Assembly: GCA_052168235.1 (NCBI GenBank)
Contig: JBQLZK010000009.1
Coordinates: 1-64,000, forward strand
Direction of reading: 5' to 3'
From: Thainema sp.
GTDB taxonomy: Bacteria; Cyanobacteriota; Cyanobacteriia; Phormidesmidales; Phormidesmidaceae
Length of the DNA: 64,000 bases
A program made the translations under genes and the position numbers. The notes below the pieces were generated by a model, which was not told the origin of the DNA, did not search any database, and saw nothing but the letters and a program-made list of their open reading frames with translations. Shown here in pieces: positions 20,608-30,411 of the stretch. Position 1 is the first letter of the stretch. The number at the start of each line of letters is the position of its first letter.

Positions 20608-20638
20608 TGGTCATGCCTAAACGTTAGTGACCTAAGCA

Positions 20639-21460
20639 CTATTCAGCAGACTGAAGTTGCGCGATCGCAGTTGCCTGAGACAATTGCCTAACCTGCGGCT
20701 CTATCTCACGGGTGCCGACCGTCGAAAAGATGAGAGTTGCCCCCATCAGCGCCATAATCGCGTTTTCTGCAAAGCTGACCACTCCCAGCGGAGCCTTGGA
20801 ATTGCCGCCAATACAAGCACAGTTGAGCGCTATTTTGTCGATATAGACAGCTTTGAAGACCGATACCGCCCCGCTTACGCCCACAACTAATGAACCAATC
20901 CCCGTTGCTAGAGGTGCGATGCCGGAGAGAAAGCCCAGACCAATGGCAAGCTCTGCAAAGGGATAGATTTTGCCATAGGGCTTAAATCGTTGAGTGACCA
21001 GATCGTATTTGGCAAAGCTTTCGGAAAAGGCGTTGATATCCATTAGCTTCAGAGAGGCCAGCATCGATAAGGAAATACCCATGAAGCCAGGGACGCCAAG
21101 GGAGGTCGCTAAAGCCATTAAGCCAGCAGTGGAAAATAAAGCCGCAACTGGAGTATAGGAGTAATCAGCCTTTTCAGCCTCGACATCAAAATAGGCTGCC
21201 AGATCGGTATAGCCACCAATGCGGCGATCGCCAAAGAAGATCTGGGGTGTTGTGGCAACGTTGTGCTGGGTCTTGAAGGCAGCAACGTCCTCTGGGGAGG
21301 TCAGTTTAATATCGTCAAAGGCAATGCCTTTTTCGTTGAGCAAATTCACTGCCCGCACCCCCCAAGGACACTCATGTTCAGAAGTAGACATGCGGTAGAG
21401 CTTGACTGAGTCTTGAGCATCTGGTTGAGCTTTATTGGAATTGGAAAGTATAGCGGTCAT
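20639..21460 (-). CDS. Glutaredoxin-MauE/DoxX fusion redox membrane protein
   Basis: N-terminal CPWG...TTPQIF...IGGYTDL; C-terminal YPFAEL and LNCACIGG...EN. Confidence 0.85.
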   Translation of the reverse strand: MTAILSNSNKAQPDAQDSVKLYRMSTSEHECPWGVRAVNLLNEKGIAFDDIKLTSPEDVAAFKTQHNVATTPQIFFGDRRIGGYTDLAAYFDVEAEKADYSYTPVAALFSTAGLMALATSLGVPGFMGISLSMLASLKLMDINAFSESFAKYDLVTQRFKPYGKIYPFAELAIGLGFLSGIAPLATGIGSLVVGVSGAVSVFKAVYIDKIALNCACIGGNSKAPLGVVSFAENAIMALMGATLIFSTVGTREIEPQVRQLSQATAIAQLQSAE

Positions 21461-21507
21461 CGATTCACCTCGCGGATGCCAAACGGCATCAAACTGTTGA
21501 TGAATCC

Positions 21508-21539
21508 ACCCTAAAGCCTACAGTGAACTTTAGAGTCAA
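21508..21539 (-). promoter_or_regulatory. MerR-type promoter/operator (20-bp spacer)
   Basis: On the minus strand, TTGACT-ctaaagttcactgtaggctt-TAGGGT, with a dyad in the spacer. Confidence 0.65.
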
Positions 21540-21591
21540 GAGGTGGGCTGAAGATTTTTTGACGCTCTCCATCCTGTATGAATTAAGCACT

Positions 21592-21643
21592 CAAAAAGGG
21601 ATGATTTTGCTGCCGTAAGCCGCAGCAAAATCATCCCTTTTTG
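21592..21643. terminator. 22-bp stem hairpin downstream of the second RND operon
   Basis: CAAAAAGGGATGATTTTGCTGC-N8-GCAGCAAAATCATCCCTTTTTG. Confidence 0.65.
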
Positions 21644-21667
21644 GTTTACTACAAGCGGTAAGACAAT

Positions 21668-22165
21668 CTACTTGGAGAAGCTAAAGCGGGCATTGACCCT
21701 TTCGCCTTGGATATCAGTTTGGATGACGGTTTTATATTCTCCGGTTGCCTGACTGGGGATGAAGGCAAAGAAGTGTTCTCCCGCCGCGTCATACTCCATC
21801 GGAATTTCCTGCTGCGAGCCATCGGGAAGCTGGATTTGGGCAACAGCAGTGGCATCGGCAACGGCTTCGTGGGTGTCGCCCGTTTGCAGGTACAAATCTA
21901 GATGAATGCCATCTGCTTCGGACACGGGTACTAGTTCCATGTGGTAGGCTCCGGTTTCGACGACCTGGCCGCCTTTTGTCGCAGCACTGTGATCGTCTGA
22001 TGCAGCCGTTTCGGTTGCGGCATCGTCGGCTGGGGTGGTGGTTGGGCTTTCTGCAACAGAAGTGTCAGCCGTTGATTCAGGCGTCGTTGCCGTTTCGGAG
22101 TTACCGCAAGCAACTAAGGTGAGTAGACTTGTGAGCAGTAGGGCTTGAGCAATTTGAGAACGCAT
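21668..22165 (-). CDS. Lipoprotein associated with heavy-metal RND operons
   Basis: Lipobox LVAC and GGQVVETGAYHMELVP...HLDLYLQ; follows the RND permease. Confidence 0.7.
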   Translation of the reverse strand: MRSQIAQALLLTSLLTLVACGNSETATTPESTADTSVAESPTTTPADDAATETAASDDHSAATKGGQVVETGAYHMELVPVSEADGIHLDLYLQTGDTHEAVADATAVAQIQLPDGSQQEIPMEYDAAGEHFFAFIPSQATGEYKTVIQTDIQGERVNARFSFSK

Positions 22166-22275
22166 GGGATGAACCTTCTATTTTTTGAGTGGAGCTATGG
22201 TTTGGGTATTGGGGCAAGGGGGCGGGGGAGTAAGGGAGCAGGGGGGCAGGTTGGGGAATTGGGATTAAGCAGGAA

Positions 22276-25200
22276 TTAAACGGGGCTCATGGGTTGGTCT
22301 GAAACAGCCGCTTTCGATTCAGTGGCCTGGATGTCAGAGGTAATGAATGCAGGTACGAGATAGCGGCCAAATTGAGTGTAGAGGGCGGGCAAAACAATTA
22401 GCGTGAGGGCGGTGGAGGTAAACAGTCCGCCAAGTACAACCACCGCTAGCGGCTGCAAAATTTCTTGACCGGGGTCAGAGCTGATCACCAGCGGCAGCAT
22501 CCCCAGAGCGGAGGTAAAAGCCGTCATCAGAATCGCATTGAGCCGCTCCATTGAACCCGTGAAAATGACCTGTGGCAGAGGCATTCCTGCCGCTAGCTTG
22601 CTGTTGTAGTTGTCTACTAGCAGTAAGCCATTGCGGACGGCAACGCCAAACAGAGTGATGAAGCCCACGAGGGACGCTACCGAGAGAACGCCACCTGCGA
22701 TCGCAACTGAGACAATGCCGCCCATAACGGCTAAGGGCAGGTTCAGCATGATCATGATCGTCGCGGGTAAGGATTTCACGGTGAAATACATGAGGATGGC
22801 AATCACCACAAGTGCTAGAGCGCCGAATACCAGGAGGTTCTGGGTGGCTCGCTGCTCAGATTCAAACTGGCCACCGTACTGGATGAAGTAGCCGGGAGGA
22901 AATGTAACCTGCGATCGCACTTTGTCCCGAATTTCGGCAATGACGGAACCCAAATCGCGATCGGCCACGTTTGAGGACACAATGATCAGGCGCGACACAT
23001 TTTCTCGACTAATGGAATTGGGGCCAGTGCCATAATCGACCTGGGCAAGCTGCTCCAGCGGAATGCGATGTCCATCCGGCGTATCAATCAGCATGGCGCG
23101 CAGGGTACTGGGATCACTGCGGGCGGCAGACTCAAACCACACCACCAGGTCAAATAACTGCTGATTTTCCAACACTTGGGAGACGACGCGACCATTGAGG
23201 GCGGTTTCAATAGTTTCGGCCAACGCCTGCATACTCAGGCCATAGCGAGCGGCAGCGGCACGGTCGAAGCGGATCTGAACCTGACGCACGGGTAACTGAG
23301 GAGCCAGTTGCAAATCGACCACGCCCTCTACAGTGCCCATCACCTGTGTCACTTCGGTGCCCAGCCGTCGGAGTTCAGCCAGATCGGGGCCAAAGATTTT
23401 AACTGCGATCGCACTTCGGACACCCGACAACACCTCATCCATCCGGTGCGAGATAAAGCCACCCACACTGGCTGGAGCACCTGGAATTTTCTCGAATTCA
23501 GCCCGCAGATCGGCCAGCGTTGCTTCGCGGTCTTTCATGCCGACATCACTCAGTTCAATATCGAGTTCCGCAAAGTTGGAGCCGACCACATGCGGATCGC
23601 CCGGTGCGCGGCCCGATCGCATTTGCAGACTGGCAAACCGAGGATCTTCTTGAAAGGCAGCTTGCACAGCTAATCCCGCCCGATTGGTAGCCGCCAAGGA
23701 GCTACCGGGAAACAGGTTCATGGACGCCACCAGCGATCGCTCCTGAAACTCCGGTAAAAAGACCCGTCCTAAAACGGGTAACAGGGTCAGCGAAGCGACC
23801 AGTGCCCCTACAGCCACCAGCAGAATCAGCCGAGGGCGCTCCAGAGCCAGCCGCAAACCTGGTCGATACAGGCGTTGGCTGCAGCGAGATACCCAAGTCT
23901 CTTCTTCAGGCAACGGCGCGTAGGCCAACAGAAATGCACATAGGGCAGGAGAGAGGGTGAGTGCCACCAGGGTCGAGGCAAAAATGGCTACTAGGTAAGC
24001 AATGCCCATTGGCGCAAAGATGCGGCCTTCTACCCCCGTCAGCGAGAAAATTGGGGCAAAGATGACGGCAATAATCACGGTGGAGAAGAGAACGCTGGTA
24101 CGAACCTCCACCGAAGTGTCGTAGACGACCTGAAAGGGATGCTTGGGATTGCCCAACTGCCGATTCTGGCGGAGTCCCCGATAGCAGTTTTCCATATCCA
24201 CAATCGAGTCATCCACCACCGAACCAATGGCAACGGCTAATCCGCCCAACGTCATGGTGTTGACGCTGAGGCCAATCCAATCCAGCAGAATCAAACAGAT
24301 TAGGAGTGACATCGGAATGGCGCTGAGTGTAATCGCCGCCGTGCGCCAATTCATCAAAAACAACAGCAGGATGACCGACACAATGATGATGCCGCCCCGC
24401 AGGGAATCCCGCACATTATGAATCGAGGCTTCGATGAAGTCAGCCTGACGGAAAGTGCGATGGATCGTGACATCCGCTGGCAAACTTGGCCCTACTTCCT
24501 CCAGCGCCGCCTCTACCTGCTCGGTCACCGTTAACGTATCGGCCAAGGGCTGCTTATTGATCAGCATCACCAAAGCTGGTTGGCCGTTAAGGCTCGCATC
24601 GCCCCGCTTTAGGGCTGGGCCGACTGTCACCTCTGCCACATCTTGCAAAAGCACAGGTTTTCCATCTCGTGCCGTAATCACCGCCTGCTGCAAATCCTGA
24701 ATCGACTCAATGCGACCAATCCCTCGGATCAGCAGTTCCTGATCGGCATCAATTAGGTAGCCACCTGCCCCGTTCTGGTTCGCTGCCGCCGCCGCTTGGC
24801 TGACCTCCTCTAGCGTCACCCCAAAGGCGTTGAGTTTAGCAGGATCGACCAGCACTTGGTACTGCCGCTCCTCGCCACCAAAAACGGTAATTTGAGTAAC
24901 GCCAGGTACCGCGAGCAGCCGATTGGTTACCTGTCGGTCGATCAGCTGTCGTACGTCCATCAGCGGTGTGGATTCAGCCGTAAAGGCATATTCCAGCACA
25001 ATGCCCAGCGGCGAGTTGAGCGGAGCCAGTTGAGGCGCTTCCACCCCTTCCGGCAAGCGAGATTGGGCCTGCTGAATTCGTTCCGTGATCAGCTGCCGCG
25101 CCTGATAGATATCGGTATCCCAGCCAAATACCACCCGTACGGCAGAAGCACCCGCCACCGAGGTCGATCGCACCGCTGTAACGCCTGGTGTGCCGTTGAC

Positions 25201-25416
25201 GGCGCTTTCAATCGGCAGCGTGACTAAGGATTCCACCTCCTCTGGAGCAAGACCGGGCGCTTCGACTTGAATTTCCACTTGGGGCGGCGCAAAGCTGGGA
25301 AACACGTCCAAGGACATGTGGTTGAGGACACGCAGTCCGTAGAGGGTGACGAGGACGGCTCCGATGACGACGATCCAGCGTTGGGCGATTGACCATTTGA
25401 GGATTGAGTTGAGCAT
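22276..25416 (-). CDS. CusA/CzcA-family heavy-metal RND efflux permease (second paralogue)
   Basis: 1046 aa, collinear with 13507-16677 (DVFPSFAPPQV, GSVVDDSIVDMEN). Confidence 0.93.
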   Translation of the reverse strand: MLNSILKWSIAQRWIVVIGAVLVTLYGLRVLNHMSLDVFPSFAPPQVEIQVEAPGLAPEEVESLVTLPIESAVNGTPGVTAVRSTSVAGASAVRVVFGWDTDIYQARQLITERIQQAQSRLPEGVEAPQLAPLNSPLGIVLEYAFTAESTPLMDVRQLIDRQVTNRLLAVPGVTQITVFGGEERQYQVLVDPAKLNAFGVTLEEVSQAAAAANQNGAGGYLIDADQELLIRGIGRIESIQDLQQAVITARDGKPVLLQDVAEVTVGPALKRGDASLNGQPALVMLINKQPLADTLTVTEQVEAALEEVGPSLPADVTIHRTFRQADFIEASIHNVRDSLRGGIIIVSVILLLFLMNWRTAAITLSAIPMSLLICLILLDWIGLSVNTMTLGGLAVAIGSVVDDSIVDMENCYRGLRQNRQLGNPKHPFQVVYDTSVEVRTSVLFSTVIIAVIFAPIFSLTGVEGRIFAPMGIAYLVAIFASTLVALTLSPALCAFLLAYAPLPEEETWVSRCSQRLYRPGLRLALERPRLILLVAVGALVASLTLLPVLGRVFLPEFQERSLVASMNLFPGSSLAATNRAGLAVQAAFQEDPRFASLQMRSGRAPGDPHVVGSNFAELDIELSDVGMKDREATLADLRAEFEKIPGAPASVGGFISHRMDEVLSGVRSAIAVKIFGPDLAELRRLGTEVTQVMGTVEGVVDLQLAPQLPVRQVQIRFDRAAAARYGLSMQALAETIETALNGRVVSQVLENQQLFDLVVWFESAARSDPSTLRAMLIDTPDGHRIPLEQLAQVDYGTGPNSISRENVSRLIIVSSNVADRDLGSVIAEIRDKVRSQVTFPPGYFIQYGGQFESEQRATQNLLVFGALALVVIAILMYFTVKSLPATIMIMLNLPLAVMGGIVSVAIAGGVLSVASLVGFITLFGVAVRNGLLLVDNYNSKLAAGMPLPQVIFTGSMERLNAILMTAFTSALGMLPLVISSDPGQEILQPLAVVVLGGLFTSTALTLIVLPALYTQFGRYLVPAFITSDIQATESKAAVSDQPMSPV

Positions 25417-25419
25417 GGG

Positions 25420-25515
25420 AAAGTGAGGAGTGAGGAGTGAGAAAGGGGTGGATGGGTGGATGAGGGGGGTAAGTAAGGGAGCAGGGGGGCAAGGGAGCAG
25501 GGGAGAGAGGGGGGA
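25420..25515. repeat. G-rich short tandem repeats (GAGTGAG, GGGTGGAT and AGGGAGCAG units); related tract at ~22210-22265
   Basis: Directly visible low-complexity repeats resembling cyanobacterial STRR-type sequences. Confidence 0.7.
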
Positions 25516-27111
25516 TTACTTTTTGTCTAGGGTGGTGGTTTCTGGGGAGGTGGTGGTGAGGGCGTAGGGAGGGGTGGGTTCGGTAGGGTGTGGATTGAAG
25601 GGGGCGAGGGGTGTGGGGCGGGTGCGGCGTCCGATGAGATAGGCGGTGCTGGTGGTAGTTGCGATCGCACCTATGCCTCCGACAATGAATAACCATTGGG
25701 GAACGGCGCGACCGGAAGGTGCGGCTTCCATCTCGGCTTTGGCTGTAGCGCTGTCGCCTCGCAGGGATTGGGCATAAAGCTGCAATGTGCCTTGGGCAAC
25801 CACCTGATCGCCTTCAAACAGTCCTGATTGCACCTCTACCTGATCGCCAGCCGTGCGCCCGATGGTCACTTCAACGGGTTCAAAGGCATCACCATTTTGC
25901 ACAAATACGAGGGACTGGCCCTCGGCGTCTACCACGGCACTGGCGGGAATGGTCAAGACGGCTGTGGGGGTGCGATCGGTCAAGATCTCCAATTCGGCGA
26001 ACATGCCAGGTTTGAGCGCGGCTCCAGCATTCTCTAGGGCGGCTGTCACGGGCACAATGCGAGTCGTGCCGTCTACCACCGCGCCAACCCGAATTACGCG
26101 CCCTTGGAAGAACTGGTCAGGCAAACTAGCAATCGTCACGCGCACTGACTGGCCTTCGGCCACCTGATCTAAATCTTTTTCATAGACGTTGGCCGTCACC
26201 TGGAGCGCATCGCCATTGACAATCCGCATCAGCGGCGTCACGGCTTCTTCGACCGCTTCACCCAGGGTGACGGGACGGTCTGCGACCTTGCCGGCAATTG
26301 GGGCTTTTACTGTGACGACGCCCCGCTCCGTTGCCGAGCTGTTCAACTGCTGGAGGCGCGTTTCATAGGCTGTCGTACTAAGTTGGACATGGGAACGAGC
26401 TGCATCTAGTTCCGCCTGCGCCCGCTCTAGCTCCGCCTGGGCTTCCAAAACTGCTTGTCGGCTTTCAGCACGAGCCATTTCACTCTGGGCGGCGGCCAGC
26501 TCAGACTGAGTTTCTAAAAACTGTTGGCGGGCGATCGCACCGGCTTTGAGCAGCAATTGGTCTTGCTCAAACCGTTCCTGGGCAAGGGCGAGATGCTGCT
26601 GAGCTGCTTTTATTTCGGTGTCTGCGATCGCAACTTGACGCTCATAATTACGTTGAGCTAGCGTCAGATTGGCCTCTGCCGATCGCAAGTCGGCCTCTGC
26701 CCCAACTCGATCTTCCTGGGAGGCAACCCGTAGCTCAATCAAATCGGGGGCAATCACCTTGGCCAAAGGCTGTCCGGCTGCAACCGTTGCGCCCGGTTCC
26801 ACCAATAGTTCGATCACCGTGCCATTAATCGGCGCATTCACCATCACCGCTTGATCGGGCTGCGCCACCAGTTCTCCAGTCGTTTCAATGCCAATGCTCA
26901 AAAACTGGGACTGGACGGGGGCCAGCTTAATCCCCAACCGCTCCGCCGTGGTCGGATCAACTCGAATGCCGCTCACAGGTTGGCTCGTGCCGGATTGAAA
27001 CTCTGCACCGTGATCATGTCCCGTATGGGCCACCACCGCAACTGGTAAAGTGATTAACGCAACCCCAAATACTGATCCGACCCAAGCCGCTAGCCGATAG
27101 TGAACATGCAT
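25516..27111 (-). CDS. RND efflux periplasmic adaptor (full-length MFP)
   Basis: HTGHDHG, lipoyl-type APINGTV and APIAGKV motifs, a long alpha-hairpin and LKPGMFA. Confidence 0.9.
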   Translation of the reverse strand: MHVHYRLAAWVGSVFGVALITLPVAVVAHTGHDHGAEFQSGTSQPVSGIRVDPTTAERLGIKLAPVQSQFLSIGIETTGELVAQPDQAVMVNAPINGTVIELLVEPGATVAAGQPLAKVIAPDLIELRVASQEDRVGAEADLRSAEANLTLAQRNYERQVAIADTEIKAAQQHLALAQERFEQDQLLLKAGAIARQQFLETQSELAAAQSEMARAESRQAVLEAQAELERAQAELDAARSHVQLSTTAYETRLQQLNSSATERGVVTVKAPIAGKVADRPVTLGEAVEEAVTPLMRIVNGDALQVTANVYEKDLDQVAEGQSVRVTIASLPDQFFQGRVIRVGAVVDGTTRIVPVTAALENAGAALKPGMFAELEILTDRTPTAVLTIPASAVVDAEGQSLVFVQNGDAFEPVEVTIGRTAGDQVEVQSGLFEGDQVVAQGTLQLYAQSLRGDSATAKAEMEAAPSGRAVPQWLFIVGGIGAIATTTSTAYLIGRRTRPTPLAPFNPHPTEPTPPYALTTTSPETTTLDKK

Positions 27112-27183
27112 ACCGATTCTTCCAGAAAGCGAACAGGACAAACGAACGCGAATGTTGGCTGGACGGCATAGTATCAGCTAAAT

Positions 27184-27200
27184 ATGAAATCACGATGAAT
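27184..27200 (-). promoter_or_regulatory. ATTCAT-N5-TTTCAT box
   Basis: ATGAAAtcacgATGAAT on the + strand, between the divergent adaptor and regulator genes. Confidence 0.7.
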
Positions 27201-27204
27201 TTTT

Positions 27205-27897
27205 ATGCGTATCCTCTTAGTGGAAGATGAGCCGGATTTAGGCAAAGCGATTAAGCGTACCCTGATCCAGGAAGCCTATGTGGTGGACTGGGTGCAGTCG
27301 GGAGATGAGGCGCTGGCCTATCTGGAAAACGATTTGCCGCTTTACACAATTGGGGTGTTTGACTGGATGCTACCGGGACGGTCGGGAATCGAGCTGTGTC
27401 AGTGGCTGCGATCGCACCATCATGCCCTGCCCGTTTTGATTTTGACCGCCAAGGATCAAATTGAGGATCGAATTACGGGATTGGATGCCGGAGCTGATGA
27501 TTATTTAGTCAAACCCTTCAGCATGGCTGAATTACTGGCGCGTCTCAGAGCACTGCGGCGACGGTCGCCTGAGATTAAGCCGAGTCAAATTCAGGTGGGG
27601 CCGCTGATGCTGGATTGCGATCGCAGAATGGCCTTTCTCAATGCTGGTGAACTCACCGAGCAGCCCATCGAGCTAACCCAGAAAGAGTTTCAGTTGCTTC
27701 AGTATCTAATGGAGCATCCGAACCGGATTCTGACCCGCGATCAGGTGCTCAACCAGCTCTGGGAAATTGGCGCTGAACCCAACAGTAATGTTGTTGCGGC
27801 TCAAATGCGGCTCCTGCGGCGGAAGCTGGCCAAGTATTACTGTGATGATCTAATTGAAACCGTCTATGGCATGGGATACCGCTTCAACGCCGAATAA
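27205..27897 (+). CDS. rppA: OmpR-family response regulator, RppA-like (second copy)
   Basis: Motifs MRILLVEDE, FDWMLP and SNVVAAQMRLLRRKL. Confidence 0.87.
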   Translation: MRILLVEDEPDLGKAIKRTLIQEAYVVDWVQSGDEALAYLENDLPLYTIGVFDWMLPGRSGIELCQWLRSHHHALPVLILTAKDQIEDRITGLDAGADDYLVKPFSMAELLARLRALRRRSPEIKPSQIQVGPLMLDCDRRMAFLNAGELTEQPIELTQKEFQLLQYLMEHPNRILTRDQVLNQLWEIGAEPNSNVVAAQMRLLRRKLAKYYCDDLIETVYGMGYRFNAE

Positions 27898-29257
27898 GCT
27901 ATTTCGTCGCAGCCGTTGGCAGCTCACTGTTTGGTATACCGGAGTGATGACGGTGGTACTGGGGCTGAGCGGCTTTGGCGTGTATGAAGCGATTGCCCAT
28001 GCCCATCGGGTCACGGCTGACCGCGAACTGAAGTCTGTGGCCGAAACGGTTCATGATGCCCTGGAAACTACGCTCACGGCTAACGGTCAAATTGATGGCC
28101 TGTCGCAAAATTTGTTGCCCAATCTGTGCGTGGCCGGAGAACCCTGTCAGGTGCCATTTGAGGCATCGCGGGGGCATCATGGCGGAGCGCCCTATCGCGG
28201 CAGCTACTATTTTCGCGTGCTGTCGCCGGATCAAACGCTACTGGCAACGGCAGGCATCCTGCCCGAAGGCTTGCCAATGACAGATACCGAAGCCGCTTGG
28301 CACACGCTGCGAGATGACGCGAACAACCAGTATCGCCAGATTGCGCTACCGCTCTACAACCTCAACGATCAAAGCCGTCTGGGCACGCTGCTGGTCGGGC
28401 GATCCTTCAGTGATTTTGCCGCTTACCTCGACATGATTCGCTGGATTATCATCCTCAGCTTACCGCTCACGGTAGGACTAATTGCGATCGCAAGTTGGTG
28501 GCTTGCAGGAGTGGCACTCAAGCCCGTCCGCGTTTCGTACCGCAATATTCAGCAGTTTACGGCTGATGCCGCTCACGAGTTGCGTACACCCCTCACCGCG
28601 ACACAGGCCACAGCGGAATCAGTATTGCGACTGCCCCACATTTCAGATGCAGAGGCGCGGGAAACGCTCCAGGTAATCACCCGCCAGAACCAGCGGTTGA
28701 CAACGCTAATCAGTGACCTGCTGCTGCTGTCTCGATTAGACATTCAACGTTCAACCGCCCAAACACCCTGCTGTTTACAGGATGTGCTGAGCGATATTGA
28801 AGAAGAACTGGCCGCACTTGCGATCGCATCTGACATTCAACTGGTGCTTGAGCAACCCGCCGAACCGCCGATCATCGTCCTGGGTAATGAAGCACATCTC
28901 TATCGGCTGGTGCTGAATGTGGTTAGTAATGCCATTCAGCATACGTTAGCGGGTGGCAAGGTCATCATCCAGCTACAGCAAAGTACCCGCAACACATTCC
29001 CGGAAGGCGAAAAGCGACAGGCGATAATTACCGTAGAAGACACAGGCATTGGTATTGCTCCAGCCGATCAGCAGCGGATTTTTGAGCGGTTCTATCGAGT
29101 CGATAAAGCCCGTTCTCGATACAGCGGCGGTTCGGGATTAGGATTGTCAATTGCCCTTGCGATCGCGCAGGCTCACGGCGGCGAAATTCAGGTTCAGAGC
29201 GAGCTAGAACGGGGCAGCACCTTCACCATTCTGTTGCCCATCATCCGCACTGCGTAA
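27866..29257 (+). CDS. rppB: Sensor histidine kinase, RppB-like (second copy)
   Basis: Motifs FTADAAHELRTPL, NVVSNAIQHT, DTGIGI and GGSGLGL; overlaps the end of the regulator gene. Confidence 0.85.
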   Translation: MAWDTASTPNKLFRRSRWQLTVWYTGVMTVVLGLSGFGVYEAIAHAHRVTADRELKSVAETVHDALETTLTANGQIDGLSQNLLPNLCVAGEPCQVPFEASRGHHGGAPYRGSYYFRVLSPDQTLLATAGILPEGLPMTDTEAAWHTLRDDANNQYRQIALPLYNLNDQSRLGTLLVGRSFSDFAAYLDMIRWIIILSLPLTVGLIAIASWWLAGVALKPVRVSYRNIQQFTADAAHELRTPLTATQATAESVLRLPHISDAEARETLQVITRQNQRLTTLISDLLLLSRLDIQRSTAQTPCCLQDVLSDIEEELAALAIASDIQLVLEQPAEPPIIVLGNEAHLYRLVLNVVSNAIQHTLAGGKVIIQLQQSTRNTFPEGEKRQAIITVEDTGIGIAPADQQRIFERFYRVDKARSRYSGGSGLGLSIALAIAQAHGGEIQVQSELERGSTFTILLPIIRTA

Positions 29258-29278
29258 TATCGCATGGCAAAACCCCCA

Positions 29279-29776
29279 TCAGTTGATTGATGCGGCAATG
29301 ACCAGGGCAATCAGGCTGACCAGGGCGAATCCTGCCCGCGCTACGTGAGAATATTCCCAGCGATTGCGCAAGTTTGTCCAGGCCCACGAACGGGGATCGT
29401 CCGGCTTCACTCCAAAGGCGAAAAAGCCAGTACTCACGTTGCTTAAGTCCTCATTTTGCAGCCAGAACTGGTTCACGGGATGGGTAATCAGCCAGTACAC
29501 GCCTTGCATACCGATGATGCCTAGTAAGGCTATACCGATTAGCCAGAATTCTATGCTGCCTAGTCGCACAAGGAACAGCAGAATCAGCATCAGGATCAGA
29601 CTCATGGGTTCACTGATGCCGCCAATCGTGAAACCAGGATAATAAATGGGCTGCACGGCGTAGTAGGTCTCTTTTGAAAGCCGCAGTTTTCCTGGTAGCT
29701 CCAGAGCATGAGCCAGCGCAAGGGCCATTGCGATCGCAACCACCACCACAGTCAAAACGTGTAAAACAGTTAACAT
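29279..29776 (-). CDS. DUF1772/anthrone-oxygenase-like membrane protein
   Basis: Motifs AHALELPGK, HPVN and RWEYSH.AR; GGAGG RBS before ATG 29776. Confidence 0.72.
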   Translation of the reverse strand: MLTVLHVLTVVVVAIAMALALAHALELPGKLRLSKETYYAVQPIYYPGFTIGGISEPMSLILMLILLFLVRLGSIEFWLIGIALLGIIGMQGVYWLITHPVNQFWLQNEDLSNVSTGFFAFGVKPDDPRSWAWTNLRNRWEYSHVARAGFALVSLIALVIAASIN

Positions 29777-29796
29777 GACGAATACCTCCTGGTGAG

Positions 29797-30306
29797 TCAA
29801 AGCACAGAGGCCGAAGGAACAGGATGCCGGGAGCGATGAGCTGGAATTTTAACCAGGACAGACATCAGACTAGTGCTAAACCCAAGCAAATACAGCCCAA
29901 ATCGAGCCGCATGAGCATATTCCCAGCGAGCGCGATAGGTCATCCAGTTGGCGGGCAAATTATCGATAGTCCAAGTCTCCACGTATATATTTACTGGGCC
30001 ATTGTGCAGTTGCCAAACTATCAAGGCCAGACTAATGCAGATAGATGCCAGCAGGCTCCAGCGAAAGGAATGCCGCTGTTTTCGGAGCAGGACGGTAACT
30101 GCGATCGCGCTGAGAAACGCAATGACTTCAATCGGGCCTAACACTTGACCAAATCCCTCATAAAGGCGTTGTTGCACCCAGAGATAGTTCTCAGCAGAGA
30201 GTGACATTTTGTTGGGCAACTCCAGTAGATGAGCGAAGGCCACTCCAGCCGATAATCCCGTTGAAACAATGGCTGTAAAGGCCAATATCTTTGAGAGCTG
30301 GTTCAT
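29797..30306 (-). CDS. DUF1772-like membrane protein (tandem paralogue)
   Basis: Motifs AHLLELPNK, PVN and P.NW...R.RWEYAH.AR. Confidence 0.72.
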   Translation of the reverse strand: MNQLSKILAFTAIVSTGLSAGVAFAHLLELPNKMSLSAENYLWVQQRLYEGFGQVLGPIEVIAFLSAIAVTVLLRKQRHSFRWSLLASICISLALIVWQLHNGPVNIYVETWTIDNLPANWMTYRARWEYAHAARFGLYLLGFSTSLMSVLVKIPAHRSRHPVPSASVL

Positions 30307-30411
30307 GGTTTATGTCTCCGTTCCTCCTTGGATGAGATTACGGTTCACACGATAGGCTATGAGTGTTTCAAGATTCTTTCAATCTGGTAACAGCTAGTAA
30401 CAGAGGATTGG

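Noticed and set aside
25208..25696. 162-aa His/Pro-rich ORF
   Set aside because: Alternative frame across real genes and low-complexity repeats.
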